Assembly (NCBI GenBank): GCA_965223545.1
Contig: OZ245006.1
Coordinates: forward strand, 3,360,001-3,424,000
Length of the DNA: 64,000 nucleotides
DNA from: Planctomycetota bacterium
Lineage (GTDB): Bacteria; Planctomycetota; UBA1135; UBA2386
Reading direction: 5' to 3'
The stretch's first letter is position 1. Every line of letters starts with the position of its first letter. The position numbers and the translations under genes were made by a program. This document shows positions 10,359 through 22,109 of the stretch, one piece after another. The notes below the pieces were generated by a model that saw nothing but the letters and a program-made list of their open reading frames with translations, did no database searches and was not told the DNA's origin.

Positions 10359-12154
10359 AAAGGCCTCCCCAACACGAGCCAATCGAGAGCCGCGACCGCG
10401 AGCAGCAGAAGTGCCAGGATCCGCGCCGCCCATGGCGAGCGCTGCCGCCCGGCATCGTCGTCCGCACCGAGCGCGCGCTGCACCGAGGCATCGGGCTGCG
10501 TGCGCAGCGAAGCCGCCGCCGAGAGATCCGATTCGGCCGCGTCGACGAAGTGCACGGCGAACCGCGCGACCTGCTCGCCCTCGCGTTCGAGCACGTGCAG
10601 CCCCGGCACCGAAGCCTCCCACTCGAGCACCCGGCGGCCGCGCGCCGGCCGCGGACGGCCGCGCGGGTCGATCAGGCGCAGCTGGCGCGCCTCGTCGGGC
10701 GTGCCGGCGTGGCGAAACTGCAGCAGCTCCCCAACGCGGACGTTGGCGGCGACCACGCCGGGCAGGCGCGCGCGGGTCGCATCGACCACGTTGGCCAACA
10801 GGATCGGCCAGTCCGGCGACGCCGGCAGATTGGTCTGCAGCGGATCGAGGTTGAGCCAGAGGCGGAGCGCGTCGTCGCGCGCCACTTCGGTAAACAGCGG
10901 CTGCGCATCGGCGGAGATCAGTGGTGTGCCCTCCACCGCGCCCTGTCCTGCCGACCACACGACCCCATCGAGGGTGATGCCCTGCAGCACCCGGTGACGG
11001 CGCTCGATCAAGAACGGACCGATCCAGGCATCGCGCTCACCCTCCGCGGCGGCGATCACCAGCTCGGTGTGCCAGTCGCGGAGCACGCTCGGACTACTGC
11101 TCAAGACGAGGTGCGCGTGCTGCGGATCCGCGACGGCGCGCACATCACGCAGCGCCAGCAGGCCGCGCTCCAGCCGCAACGCCGCACTGGCCTCGTCGCT
11201 CAACAGGTTGGCCAGCGCCACCGTCCGCCGCAGCTCGGGCAACAGCAGCGCGCGGTTGTCGATCGCCAGCGGGTCGGCGCCGAGCACGACCTCGACCGGG
11301 CCCGACTGGCGCGGTACCGAAAGGCTCAGCCGGGTGGTCTTGTCGGCGGCGAGCTCGACGGTCTGGTGCACCAGCTCGACCTCCGGCGCGTCGCGGCCGG
11401 CGGACGCGACCACGCGCAGCGCGACCGCGGCCGCCGCTCCGCCGAAGGCGCGCAAGTCCACGTAGAGACGCTCGCGCTCGGGGTCGTCGGCCAGCGCCGT
11501 CCGGCGCGCGCCGACGATCGCGGCGTTGGTGGCAGGCACGCCGACCGCGACCACTTCGTAGCCGCGCACCGGCACGGAGCGCGGCGCGTGGTCGGTGACG
11601 AACACCAGAGGTCCTCCTTCCGCCAGCTGGCGCCCGAGATCGAGCGCCGGCCCCGGATCGTGCCCCGGCTGCCGCGGGTCGTAGCGCTCCAGCGCGCTGT
11701 CCAGCTGCGCGAGGGGGGCCCGGGGGCCGAGCCCGACGGCGGGGCGTGGACCGGTGCGGATCAGGGTCACGCGGGCGCCGGCAGGCTGCTCCGCGACGGC
11801 TTCTCGCACTGCGGCGCGCGCGCGTTCGGCCCAACTTGCACCGCCCGCCTCGGCCGCCATCGACGCGCTGTCGTCCAGCACGACGACACAGTGCACCGGC
11901 TGCGCGGCGCTACCGATGGTGAGCCCGCCGAGCCACAACGCCAACGCCAGCGCTGCGGCGAGCTCGAGCCACAGAGACGCGGTGCGCTGCAGCCGATCCC
12001 GGCGCCTCCCCGCCGCGGCCGCTTGGGCATCGGGCGCGAACAAGAACAAGCCAGCCACGCGGCGAGGGGCGCGCCGCCGGCGAAACAGGTGCAGAGCCAG
12101 CACCGCAGGCAGCGCCAACAAGGCGAGCAAACCCAGCGGTGTCGCGAAGCTCAT
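10355..12154 (-). CDS. BatA-like N-terminal double-TM vWA protein
   Basis: 'MSFATPLGLLALLALPAVLALHL', MIDAS 'DDSASM', C-terminal TM; ATGA overlap. Confidence 0.88.
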   Translation of the reverse strand: MSFATPLGLLALLALPAVLALHLFRRRRAPRRVAGLFLFAPDAQAAAAGRRRDRLQRTASLWLELAAALALALWLGGLTIGSAAQPVHCVVVLDDSASMAAEAGGASWAERARAAVREAVAEQPAGARVTLIRTGPRPAVGLGPRAPLAQLDSALERYDPRQPGHDPGPALDLGRQLAEGGPLVFVTDHAPRSVPVRGYEVVAVGVPATNAAIVGARRTALADDPERERLYVDLRAFGGAAAAVALRVVASAGRDAPEVELVHQTVELAADKTTRLSLSVPRQSGPVEVVLGADPLAIDNRALLLPELRRTVALANLLSDEASAALRLERGLLALRDVRAVADPQHAHLVLSSSPSVLRDWHTELVIAAAEGERDAWIGPFLIERRHRVLQGITLDGVVWSAGQGAVEGTPLISADAQPLFTEVARDDALRLWLNLDPLQTNLPASPDWPILLANVVDATRARLPGVVAANVRVGELLQFRHAGTPDEARQLRLIDPRGRPRPARGRRVLEWEASVPGLHVLEREGEQVARFAVHFVDAAESDLSAAASLRTQPDASVQRALGADDDAGRQRSPWAARILALLLLAVAALDWLVLGRPL

Positions 12155-12978
12155 GCCGGCTCCAGCATCCCCTGCGGCAACAAGTGGTGGCGGAACATCT
12201 CTTCGGGTGCCACCGCGGGCAGCAGAACGTAGCAACCCGCCGCCGCGCGCGTCGCGCTTTCGACCGCGTCGCGTAGACGCTGCAACCGCGCCCGATACCG
12301 GGCGCAGGCGCGCGCGTCGAGGACCAGCTCCAACCGACCGCCGTCCTCGCAGTCGAGCAACGCCGTGGCGCCCTGCTCCGTCGGCTCGAGCTCCCACGGG
12401 TCGAGCAGCTGCACGACGAACAGCTGCGCCGCGCCCGCCGCGAGCACGCGCAGCTCGGGGGCCAAGTCGCGCGGCATCAAGAAGTCCGACAGCACGACGC
12501 GCAGGCCGCGGGGACGCAACCGCTCGCGCGGCCGCAGATCGCGCGCGTCGTCTTCGAAACGAAGCGGCTCGGCCGGCGAAAACGCGCCACCGCCAGCGCT
12601 CAGCCAGCGCAGGCGAGCACCGACGCCCTCGCCCCAGACGTCGAGGGCAGCGAGCAAATCGCGAACGGCACGTTCTTTCGCGGGCGTCACCGCCATCGAC
12701 GGCGACCGATCGACGACCACCTCGAGCAGAGGCGCGACCTCTTCGCGGAACAGCCGCACGTGCAGCTGGTCGGTGCGCGCGTAGCCCCGCCAGTCGATGT
12801 GGCGGACGTCGTCGCCGGGCCGGTACTCGCGGAAGTCGGCGAACTCGAGCGACGCCCCGGTGCCGCGGCCGAGCCGCGCACCGGCGACCCCCGTCAACGC
12901 CGTCGTGCGCAGCGCCAAGCGGTAGCGGCGGGCCGCGCTCTCGGCCACGGCCTGCGGATCGGGTGGGGAGACCGCCAT
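12151..12978 (-). CDS. DUF58 domain protein
   Basis: 'GASLEFADFREYRPGDDVRHIDW', 'DRSPSM', 'LSDF'. Confidence 0.92.
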   Translation of the reverse strand: MAVSPPDPQAVAESAARRYRLALRTTALTGVAGARLGRGTGASLEFADFREYRPGDDVRHIDWRGYARTDQLHVRLFREEVAPLLEVVVDRSPSMAVTPAKERAVRDLLAALDVWGEGVGARLRWLSAGGGAFSPAEPLRFEDDARDLRPRERLRPRGLRVVLSDFLMPRDLAPELRVLAAGAAQLFVVQLLDPWELEPTEQGATALLDCEDGGRLELVLDARACARYRARLQRLRDAVESATRAAAGCYVLLPAVAPEEMFRHHLLPQGMLEPA

Positions 12979-12980
12979 CG

Positions 12981-14456
12981 TCACCGCCGCGCCGCCGTCA
13001 CTTCGCGCAGCCCCCTCCGCGCCGCCGGCAACATGGACAAGAGTACGAGACCGCAGGCAATGCCACCGGTGAGCAGCAACGGCTCGACGGGCGCGCGCGG
13101 CCGTTCGAGCGTCCAGAACGGGTTGGAGACGTGACCCAAGTGCCAGCGGTGCACGGTTCCCGTCAACGCCAACTCGACGAACAATGGCAACATGCAGCCC
13201 AGCGCGAGCAGGGCCAACGCCGCGGCGCGGGCAACCCAGTTCGCCCGCAGGCCCGCGCGCATGCGGCCGCGCACCAGCCGACCGAGCCCACAGTAGAAGA
13301 ACGCGTAGGCCCAGATGGCGAACGCGACGCCCCACATCTCGCCCACCCAGGATCTCGGCGAACCGGTTGCCGTCGCTCGGAGCACGGCAGCCACGCCCCA
13401 CACCAACGCACTGCTGCCGATCACGAACAGCACGCCCCGGCCACCACCGGGCAACAGCGGCGCCGCGGCCACGGCCATCCACCGGTTGCGGGGGAGGTGC
13501 GCGGCGACGCGCGGCGACAATGGCTCCTCCTCGGTGAGAGCGAACCACCAGATCGGAATCAACGAAGCCGCTCCCATGATCACCAAGGCGGGCGCCATGA
13601 CGTGGTAGTCGTTCGTCGACACGGCACTGACGATCCAGATCAGCGCGACCACCAGCAACCCGATCCAAAACACGCGAAACGGCGTCGAACGGTTCTCGTG
13701 GGCGTGCGTCAGCAGACTGCCCGCCATCAGCATCAGCAGCACCAGGCCGCATACCGACGCCGTGACGAAGACCCCCATCCCCAACCAGAAATCTGAGTCG
13801 CGCATCAGCCGGCCGACCTCGTTGACCAGCTCCCAACTGGCGGCCATCAGCGCCCCGGTGATCCCGGCCAGGCCGGCAGACGTCAGACCGAACACGACCG
13901 GCGTGAGCACTCGGATGCGCGACACCGCCCCCATGGTGATCGCGAAGGCCACCGCCAGAACGCTGACCAGCACTGCCATCGCCAAGAAGAACAGAATCGT
14001 CGGCACGTCGGTGCCGCGCAGCAGGAAGGTCATCGCCAGCAGCGGACCGAACACCGACAGGAACAGACCCAGCTGCACCATGGTCGCGACGATCTTGCCG
14101 CGCACGATCCGCCCGGGCGTCAATCGGCTGAGCAAGAGCTGCTCGCTGACACCCGCGCGCAGCTCCTGGCTCATCGACACGAAGGCCTGCAGCGGAATGA
14201 AGAACGTCGCGATCGGCACCAGCATCACCAGAGCGGCGGTGAATGCCTCGCGGCCGATGTGCTGACCGGTCGCACCACGCATGCCGACGTAGAACGCCAC
14301 CGCACAGATCGCGGCCAGCGCGGTGCTCATCAGCACGATGAACGCCTTGCTGCTCAACACCTGCTGCGTCTCGCGCACCAGAAGCGGGTTGAGTCGATCG
14401 GAGAGCCGCTGCGCCCAGCTCACTCGGGTCGGCGCCGGGTCGGCGTGGTCGGTCAC
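12981..14456 (-). CDS. ABC-2 type transporter permease-like membrane protein
   Basis: 'NPLLVRE', multiple TM helices, 'IVRGK'; adjacent to an ABC ATPase. Confidence 0.8.
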   Translation of the reverse strand: MTDHADPAPTRVSWAQRLSDRLNPLLVRETQQVLSSKAFIVLMSTALAAICAVAFYVGMRGATGQHIGREAFTAALVMLVPIATFFIPLQAFVSMSQELRAGVSEQLLLSRLTPGRIVRGKIVATMVQLGLFLSVFGPLLAMTFLLRGTDVPTILFFLAMAVLVSVLAVAFAITMGAVSRIRVLTPVVFGLTSAGLAGITGALMAASWELVNEVGRLMRDSDFWLGMGVFVTASVCGLVLLMLMAGSLLTHAHENRSTPFRVFWIGLLVVALIWIVSAVSTNDYHVMAPALVIMGAASLIPIWWFALTEEEPLSPRVAAHLPRNRWMAVAAAPLLPGGGRGVLFVIGSSALVWGVAAVLRATATGSPRSWVGEMWGVAFAIWAYAFFYCGLGRLVRGRMRAGLRANWVARAAALALLALGCMLPLFVELALTGTVHRWHLGHVSNPFWTLERPRAPVEPLLLTGGIACGLVLLSMLPAARRGLREVTAARR

Positions 14457-15391
14457 TGCAGCCTCCCGGCGGTCGTGCGCATGAAGATGTCCTCGAGATC
14501 TGCATCCTCGACGCGGAACTCGACGACCGGAATCGACTCGGCGACGGCGCGCGCCAACAGCGCCGACAGCTCCTGCTCGTCGCCGGCGAAGTCGAAGCGC
14601 ACTCGACTTCCGTCGACCACGGCCTTGTCGACGTGGGGCTGCAGCAGAAAGAACCGCAGCGCCACCTCCAGGTCACCGAGAGACCGGACGCTGACCGAGT
14701 GGTGCTCCTGCACCGACCGAGCAATGCTGGCGATGTCGCCGGCGATCACCTGTCGGCCGCGCTCGAGCACGATCACCGCATCACAAGTCTCGGACAACTC
14801 CGAGAGGATGTGCGACGAGATCAGGATGCACTTGCCAGCCGACGCCAGCTCGCGCAGCAGCTCGCGGAACTCGATCCGCGCGCGCGGGTCGAGCCCCGAG
14901 GCGGGCTCGTCGAGGATCAAGAGGGCCGGGTCGTGCAGCAGCGTCTTCGCCAGGTGCAAGCGCTGGCCCATCCCCTTGGACAGCCCCTTCGCCGGCCGCT
15001 CGGCAAACTCGAGCAAGCCGCAGAAGCTGGCGACCGAGCGCACGGTGTCGATCCTCGCTTTGCCCCGTAGGCCATAGGCGCGGGCGAAGAAGTCGAGGAA
15101 CTGCATCACATCGAGATTCGGATACGGGACGAACTGATCGGACATGAAGCCGACCCGCATGCGCACCGTGCGGGGCTCGACCAGGACCGACACCCCCTCG
15201 ATCAGCGCATCGCCCTCGTCCGGCAGATCCAGTGTCGCCAGAATCCGCATCGTGGTGGTCTTGCCGGCTCCGTTGGGACCGATGAAGCCGTGCACCCCAC
15301 CGCTCGAAAGCGTGAACGACAAGTCGTCGACGGCGGTGACCTTGCCGTAGCGCCGCGTCAGGTTGCGCACTTCGACGAGCGCGCTACTCAA
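14453..15391 (-). CDS. ABC transporter ATP-binding protein
   Basis: Walker A 'GPNGAGKTT', signature 'LSKGM', Walker B 'LILDEP', H-loop 'SSH'; probable TTG start. Confidence 0.93.
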   Translation of the reverse strand: MSSALVEVRNLTRRYGKVTAVDDLSFTLSSGGVHGFIGPNGAGKTTTMRILATLDLPDEGDALIEGVSVLVEPRTVRMRVGFMSDQFVPYPNLDVMQFLDFFARAYGLRGKARIDTVRSVASFCGLLEFAERPAKGLSKGMGQRLHLAKTLLHDPALLILDEPASGLDPRARIEFRELLRELASAGKCILISSHILSELSETCDAVIVLERGRQVIAGDIASIARSVQEHHSVSVRSLGDLEVALRFFLLQPHVDKAVVDGSRVRFDFAGDEQELSALLARAVAESIPVVEFRVEDADLEDIFMRTTAGRLQ

Positions 15392-17194
15392 CGAAGTCCT
15401 CCTCCGACAGGACCCCCCGCACCAAGTGCAGCGACGCCAGCTCATCGACCGCGAGGTCGAAGTCGACGACCGCGGGCGAGCGCTCGACGATGGCCAGGTA
15501 GGTCCCCGGTTGGGGGGTCACCGCGTCGGCAAACAGATCGGCGAGTTCCTCCAGCCGGTCTCCCCGGGGATCGCCGGACTCCGTGCCCGCCAACCGCGCC
15601 CACTGCAGGAGATCGTTGAGGTGGCTGCGGACTGCGCCTGCGTCGACGGTGGTCATCACGCCATCCGCTTCGCTCAGGTAGAACCTCCCATCGAAGTCGA
15701 TCAGCAACACCGCCCCGGCGCGATCCACCGGCACCAGATCCGGCGCGGAGGCCGGCACGATGCTGCCGTCCGACTGCCGCTGGAAGCGAAGCCGGGCACG
15801 GCATGTGCCCTGGTCTACCGTGGTCAGCGAAGTCGGGGTACGCGACGGCAGCAGCGTGCCCGACACCCGACCCGCGTCGAGGTCGAAGTCGAGCGCATGA
15901 CCTCCGGCCCGGTTTCGCCGGTCGCCGAGCAACTCGAGCGAGTCGACGAACGTGCCCGCGCGAAGTGTCAACCAGGTCGGCGCCAGCCCCGCGTACAGAG
16001 TGCGGTTGGCGACCGCCACCGCGGTGTGCGTGCGCTGGTCGAGGAGCGTGATCGACCGCCCGACGCCCTTGGTGCCCAACCCCTCGGAGAACAAACCGAA
16101 CAGCACCAACAGACCGGTGGCGACGACGCCGATCGCCGGCACCGTGACCAACATCAACATCGGCTGCTTGCGCCGGCGGGCGAACATGTGGTTCAGCGGC
16201 CCGACGAGGATCGCGAACAGCAGGATCACGAAGAAGAACGCGCGGGTCGGCACTTCGCCGAGACCCGGGATGTGCAGTCGCGAAGCGACCGAAGGCGCCA
16301 CTGGCCCGACCCAATCGCGCTTTCCAGCCGTCGAGAATTCCGACTGCATCGCCTGACGCAGGTCGGCCGGGCCATCGTCGTCAATCGCCTCCGCCGCATA
16401 CCAAGTACCGAACCCATGCTGCCCAGTGGTCAATCCCTCGGCCGCGGCCGCGCCAACCAGCTCGCGCACCGCCCCGGGCGGCAACGCCGCCGGGTGCAGC
16501 ACCAGCAGCCGCCCGCCACCCGCCACGTGCTCGACCAAAACCCGCTGCTGCGCGCCGTCGATCCGCGCGCCACCGTCCAGTACCACCAAGTCGAAGCCGC
16601 TCAGCCATTGCCAGCTGTCGGGCATCATCTCGGGCGTCACCGCCGGCATCGCCGCGATGGCGGTCTTCGCCCGGCGATAGCGGCTCAGCGTGTGCAAGAC
16701 GGAGTGTGCCCAACGGTCCATGGGCGCCTGACAAGCCGGCGCGAACCGCACCGGGTCCTCGCTGACGCACAGCACTACCAAGCCGACGCGCCCCACGTCG
16801 AGATCGACGTTGGCGTAGGCGCCGCCACGGACTCCAGCGAGCTCGAGGGTCACGTCGGCGCCGTAGCGGTCACCGGACGGCAACGGGATCAACGTGCGCG
16901 CCCGCTCTCCAGCGGCCAGCGGCACGGTGCGCTCGCACGAGTAGGGCGCCGCCCGCCACCCACGCGTCTCCACCCGCAGCCGCGCCTCGCGGGGTTCCGC
17001 AGTGCGGTTCTCGAGAGCGACCCAGGAGTAGCCGTAGCCTCCGGGCAACGCCGAGCCCGGGAAGCCGTACATCGTCGCGGTGATGTCGTGACCTCCGCCA
17101 ACGCCTCCGCCGAGGGTGATGCCGATGCTCTCGACCCACTGGGCGGGCAGTGCGGCGGCCGTAGCCAGGAGCGCGCAAGCACGCGCGCATCGCT

Positions 17195-17198
<4 letters not shown>
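15384..17198 (-). CDS. Hypothetical exported/membrane protein of the MoxR-vWA operon
   Basis: Signal peptide, GATase-like 'DLVVLDG...VAGGGRL', two central TM helices; overlaps both neighbours. Confidence 0.7.
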
Positions 17199-18235
<1,037 letters not shown>

Positions 18236-18239
18236 GCGT

Positions 18240-19664
18240 TCAGTTGCCCTTCGATTCGCCGGTGAAGAAACGACGCACGACGGCACGATGGTGCGGCGCC
18301 ACGCGCCGCCGCCACGACGCCTCGCCGCCACCGCCGGCCGGGGCCGCGCTGCCCGCGCCGGCGGCGCGCTCCGGATCGGTCTGCGGCGCCACCCGGTTCA
18401 CGCCGGTCACTTGCCACTCCCTGGAGATCGCGCGCCCCCGCGGCAGCCGTGTCGCCTTCGGCGGGGTCAGCAATTCAGTGTCGTTGGTGTAGTTCAGCTG
18501 CGCTGGCCCGGGTCCACGGCTGATGCCATTGCGGCCCGGCACGCTGCCCGGTTGACCGCCGCCGGGCACGCCGGCGCAGTTGCCACCCGCTCAACCGGGC
18601 CCGTGTTGGTGGCCCGGGTCCGCCGCGGCGAGATCGGCCTTGGCGGCGGCGACCGCGCTGGCGAGATCGGCGAGCTCACCGGGATCGACCAGACCGGCCG
18701 CCCCCAGATCGGCGAGCGGCGCGTCGAGCGCGTCCCCCATCGCCGCCGCCAGCGCGGCGAGCTGGTCGGCGCTGTCCGGCAGCTGGCCGACGTCGATCTC
18801 CTGCCCAGCGCTCAGCCCGAGCTCGCCGAGCAAACCCGGGTCCATGGTGTCCAGCAGGCCGGCCTGGCGCGCCTGCTCGAGCGCCTCGGCCATCGACTCG
18901 GCCAGCGCACCGGCGGCACTGTCGGCATCGTCGCGGCGGGCCGCCGCCTCCAGCTGCGCGAGGGCGTGGCGCGCGCGCTGCGCATCGTCCGCCCGCTGGT
19001 GCTCGAACCGCTCCAGCTGCGCCTCGAGACTGTCGACATCGGCCCACTCGACGGGATCGCCGGCGAGCTGCTGCTCGCGCAGCTCCTCGATCTTGGCCAC
19101 CAGCTCCTCGACCTGCTCGTCGGCGAGGATGCCCTCGGTGCGGCGCTCCTCGGCGCGCTCCTCGAGGAGGTCCAAGGCGGCGGCCACCGGGGTGTCGAGC
19201 GAAGGCGCCGGTCGAACCGCGGGCGGCGGCAGCCAGAGAATCAGGCCGATGGTGACGGCGACGGCGAGGACGGCTCGCCCCCAGCGCCGGCGGTCATAGC
19301 CGGGCAGCCACTCGTCAGCCGCGCCGAGCCGCCGCGAGAGCTCCTCTCGCCACGCGGTGTTGTCGCGCTCCACGCCCGCCAACAACAAGCCGCCCAGCCG
19401 CAGGCGGTGGTCGACCTCGACGATGGCACGGCCAGGGCCGAAGCCGCTGGCGTGAACCCGCCACGCGCCGAACCCCATGATCGGAATCACCGCCAGGGTC
19501 CACCAAGGTGACGGCGTCGGCCAAAGCCCGAACAGCCGACCAACCAGCACGACGAACAGCGCCACCCCGCAGCCCCAAAGTGCCGCCCGCGCGGCCCCGT
19601 CGACGAAGACGGCGGAGCGCACTCGACGGAGAAACTGCTTGGTTTCGAGGTGGCCGACGGGCAT
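18240..19664 (-). CDS. Membrane-anchored coiled-coil protein with an in-frame TGA at codon 358 (possible Sec/recoding, or nonsense)
   Basis: ORFs 18591-19676 and 18240-18569 are in the same frame, separated only by TGA 18593-18591 (GGT TGA GCG GGT GGC AAC TGC). Three N-terminal TM segments and an acidic helical middle; the read-through tail ends 4 nt before the moxR ATG. Confidence 0.7.
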
Positions 19665-19782
19665 CGCGAGCCCCACAACGGGCAGCGCGCCAGTCTATTC
19701 CCGAGCAGTCGGCGATCGGGGAGCAGAAGTTCTGCTTTTGCCCTGCGCTTACAGAGGCGTCTCGTGCGGCATGCTGGCTGCC

Positions 19783-20676
19783 TCAGTCGCGGTCGTCGCC
19801 CCGCAGGGCCGGCACGCCGTAGAACTCGCAGATTCGCTGGCGCACGGCTTGGTCGCGCGGGTCGACCCCGCCGGCTTCCAACTGTGGCGCGTCGGCGAAT
19901 GCCCCCGCCGGGCGCGCGGTCGCCAGCCCCGGCGCGCCGTGGTCGTCGTGCTGGACTTCCAGCAGCTGCCACGGAATCAACACGGTGCGCGCGGGCGCCT
20001 CGGCCCCGCGCGCAGCGACGGCGACGAACGCGAGCGCACACGAAGAGTCACCGGCGAACCACAACGAATGCACCAAGCCGAAGTCGGCGTCGGCGGCGCG
20101 CAGAGGACAACCGACCAAATCCGACGCGCGCATCGCCTGCGGCTGCCGCGCATCGCCTTCGGCAGGCCGGGATTCTCCTTCGGAGCCCGCCTCGGCGACA
20201 TCCCGGTCGGTCTGCCCGGCCTCGACGTCGGTCTGTTTCTCGATGGCTGGCAGGGCCGCGATGGCCGCCGGACTCATTGCCGAGCGGAAGCTACCGGCGT
20301 CCGCGTCCCAACCGAGCATGTCCCAAGCGATGCGCACGTGACGCGGCTCGGCCTCGCGCTCTGCGGCGGACTCCGGCGCCTCGCATTCGAGCAACACATC
20401 GCCGATCGCGCCGGTGCGCGGGTCGATCCACACGTCGCGCACTCTGCCCAGCACCTCGCGCTCCGATCCCTCGAGGCCATTGCTGACGACGACGCCCAAC
20501 ACCGCGGTGTGCGGCAAGACCAGCGGGCCGTCCTTCGCCGCCGCATCCTCCACCACCGGCTCGCCCGTCGCGGGCTCCTGGCCGCGCTCCTGCGCGCGGA
20601 TGCCAGCACCGGCCCACGCACCGATCGCCGCGCAGAGCAGCGCCGACTTCAACTTCTTCGAGATGACTGAGTTCAT
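19783..20676 (-). CDS. Exported tandem PRC-barrel protein
   Basis: Signal peptide; two PRC-like units 'LGRVRDVWIDPRTGAI...IAW' and 'RASDLVG...FGLVHSL...LIPW'. Confidence 0.7.
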   Translation of the reverse strand: MNSVISKKLKSALLCAAIGAWAGAGIRAQERGQEPATGEPVVEDAAAKDGPLVLPHTAVLGVVVSNGLEGSEREVLGRVRDVWIDPRTGAIGDVLLECEAPESAAEREAEPRHVRIAWDMLGWDADAGSFRSAMSPAAIAALPAIEKQTDVEAGQTDRDVAEAGSEGESRPAEGDARQPQAMRASDLVGCPLRAADADFGLVHSLWFAGDSSCALAFVAVAARGAEAPARTVLIPWQLLEVQHDDHGAPGLATARPAGAFADAPQLEAGGVDPRDQAVRQRICEFYGVPALRGDDRD

Positions 20677-20902
20677 GATGACCGTCCGTTTCTTGGTTCC
20701 GCGATGGCTCGGGGCCCGATCCTCGCGTCGGGTTGCCAAGACCGGCCGCCGACGACCGCGTTAGCTGCCGCCCGGCGTCGTCGCATCGGGAAGATCGCGG
20801 CGCAGAATCGGGACGGTTCGCGGATCGCATCGACGACATCTCGCCGACAACAGTGCGGCCAACTCGTTAGCCCGGAGCCGGCGCGGGTCGGGAGGCAGGG
20901 CC

Positions 20903-21338
20903 CTACCGATCACGCAACGGGACGCTGACCGAGACCGGAACCACATCGCCAGTGGCGAGATCGATCGCAATCCCGGCAAGTGGCAGCGCGACAGGGTCGA
21001 GTTCGATCCAGGCGTACCCCGTGAACACTGTCCGGCAGGGCTGCGTCACCCGAACCACGGCAGTCGCGTCGACGTAGCCGGGGGCGGTCACCGTCACCGG
21101 AAACTCCCCGGCCTGCATCGCGGGCCCCTCGTACGCGCCGGACCATCGGAGTTCGAGGGCAACCGTCTCGCTCCCGATGAGAACCTCCACGACCGCGGAA
21201 TCGACCACCTCACCGGAAACCGCATCCCGGACGTCGACGCGCAGCCCAGACCAGACCGCAACACAGTCGGGCGGCCCATCGCTGTCGCAGGACATGACCG
21301 CCAGCAGACTGGCCGCGGCGAAGAACGATGACCCTCAT
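20903..21338 (-). CDS. Small putative lipoprotein (PEGA/carboxypeptidase-like fold); 5' end apparently frameshifted
   Basis: In-frame 'SSFFAAASLLAVMSC' looks like a lipobox signal, but the only nearby ATG (21338) is 1 nt out of frame; body has 'VTVTAPGY'. Confidence 0.5.
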
Positions 21339-21392
21339 CCCCCCGGATAGCCACGCAACCCGGTTCGGTCACAACGGTCGCCGCTCGACCAC

Positions 21393-21429
21393 TTGACATT
21401 TTCTGAACCCGAGTTCATCTTCATGTCAA
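21393..21429 (+). promoter_or_regulatory. Sigma70 promoter with overlapping TetR-type operator
   Basis: TTGACA at 21393; inverted repeats TGAAC-ccga-GTTCA (21404-21417) and TTGACAT...ATGTCAA (21393-21429) directly before the TetR ATG. Confidence 0.65.
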
Positions 21430-22065
21430 ATGGGCCCGCATCCCCCAGCCCCTCGCCAAGCCCGCAGCCAGCGCACCCTCGAGCGCATCCTCGCGTCCGC
21501 CGAGGAGCTGCTCGGCCGCGGTCTGTTCGAGGAGCTGACGATGGCCCGGCTCGCCGCGCACGCCGGGGTGGCCGTCGGCACGATCTACACCCGGTTCGCC
21601 GACAAGGCGGCGTTGCTGCCCGCGTTGTTCGACCGCAACCACCGCGCGGCGACCGCGGTGGTCGACGACTTGGTTGGGCGCTTGGAGACGCTGCCGACGC
21701 TGCGGGCGCGGGCCGGCGAAGTCGTGCGGGTCGCGGTCGAGCTACACACCGAGCGCCGTGGGCTGCTGCGCGCCCTGACGATGTACACCCGAGCCCATCC
21801 ACAGGCGATCGGGGGCGGAGTGTTCGCCGAACGAGCCCGACAGTTCCGGCGGGTGGCGCGCGCTTTGCTCGGCGACCGCGGCGAGGTGCGAGACCGTTGC
21901 GCCGAGGGAGCCGCGCTGTTCGCCCTCTCCACCGTCAACGCGGTGTGCCGCGAGCAGATCCTGTTCGCCGACTCCACTGCGGTTCGCGATGACGCCTCCT
22001 CCCTGCGCCGCCGTCTGACCGAGCTCTTGTACCGCTACCTGGCACGTGCCGACCTCGACCCCTGA
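21430..22065 (+). CDS. TetR/AcrR family transcriptional regulator
   Basis: 'QARSQRTLERILASA...LAAHAGVAVGTIYTRFADK'. Confidence 0.93.
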   Translation: MGPHPPAPRQARSQRTLERILASAEELLGRGLFEELTMARLAAHAGVAVGTIYTRFADKAALLPALFDRNHRAATAVVDDLVGRLETLPTLRARAGEVVRVAVELHTERRGLLRALTMYTRAHPQAIGGGVFAERARQFRRVARALLGDRGEVRDRCAEGAALFALSTVNAVCREQILFADSTAVRDDASSLRRRLTELLYRYLARADLDP

Positions 22066-22109
22066 ACGGTCCGCGCCGCTTGCCTTTGTCCCCCACGACC
22101 TGAAGCCCG

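Noticed and set aside
8142..10997. Long antisense/shadow ORFs (also 959-2317, 15363-17438, 43485-45323, 35163-37310, 49888-51933 and others)
   Set aside because: They mirror well-supported genes, lack recognisable motifs, and are expected at this GC content where stop codons are rare.
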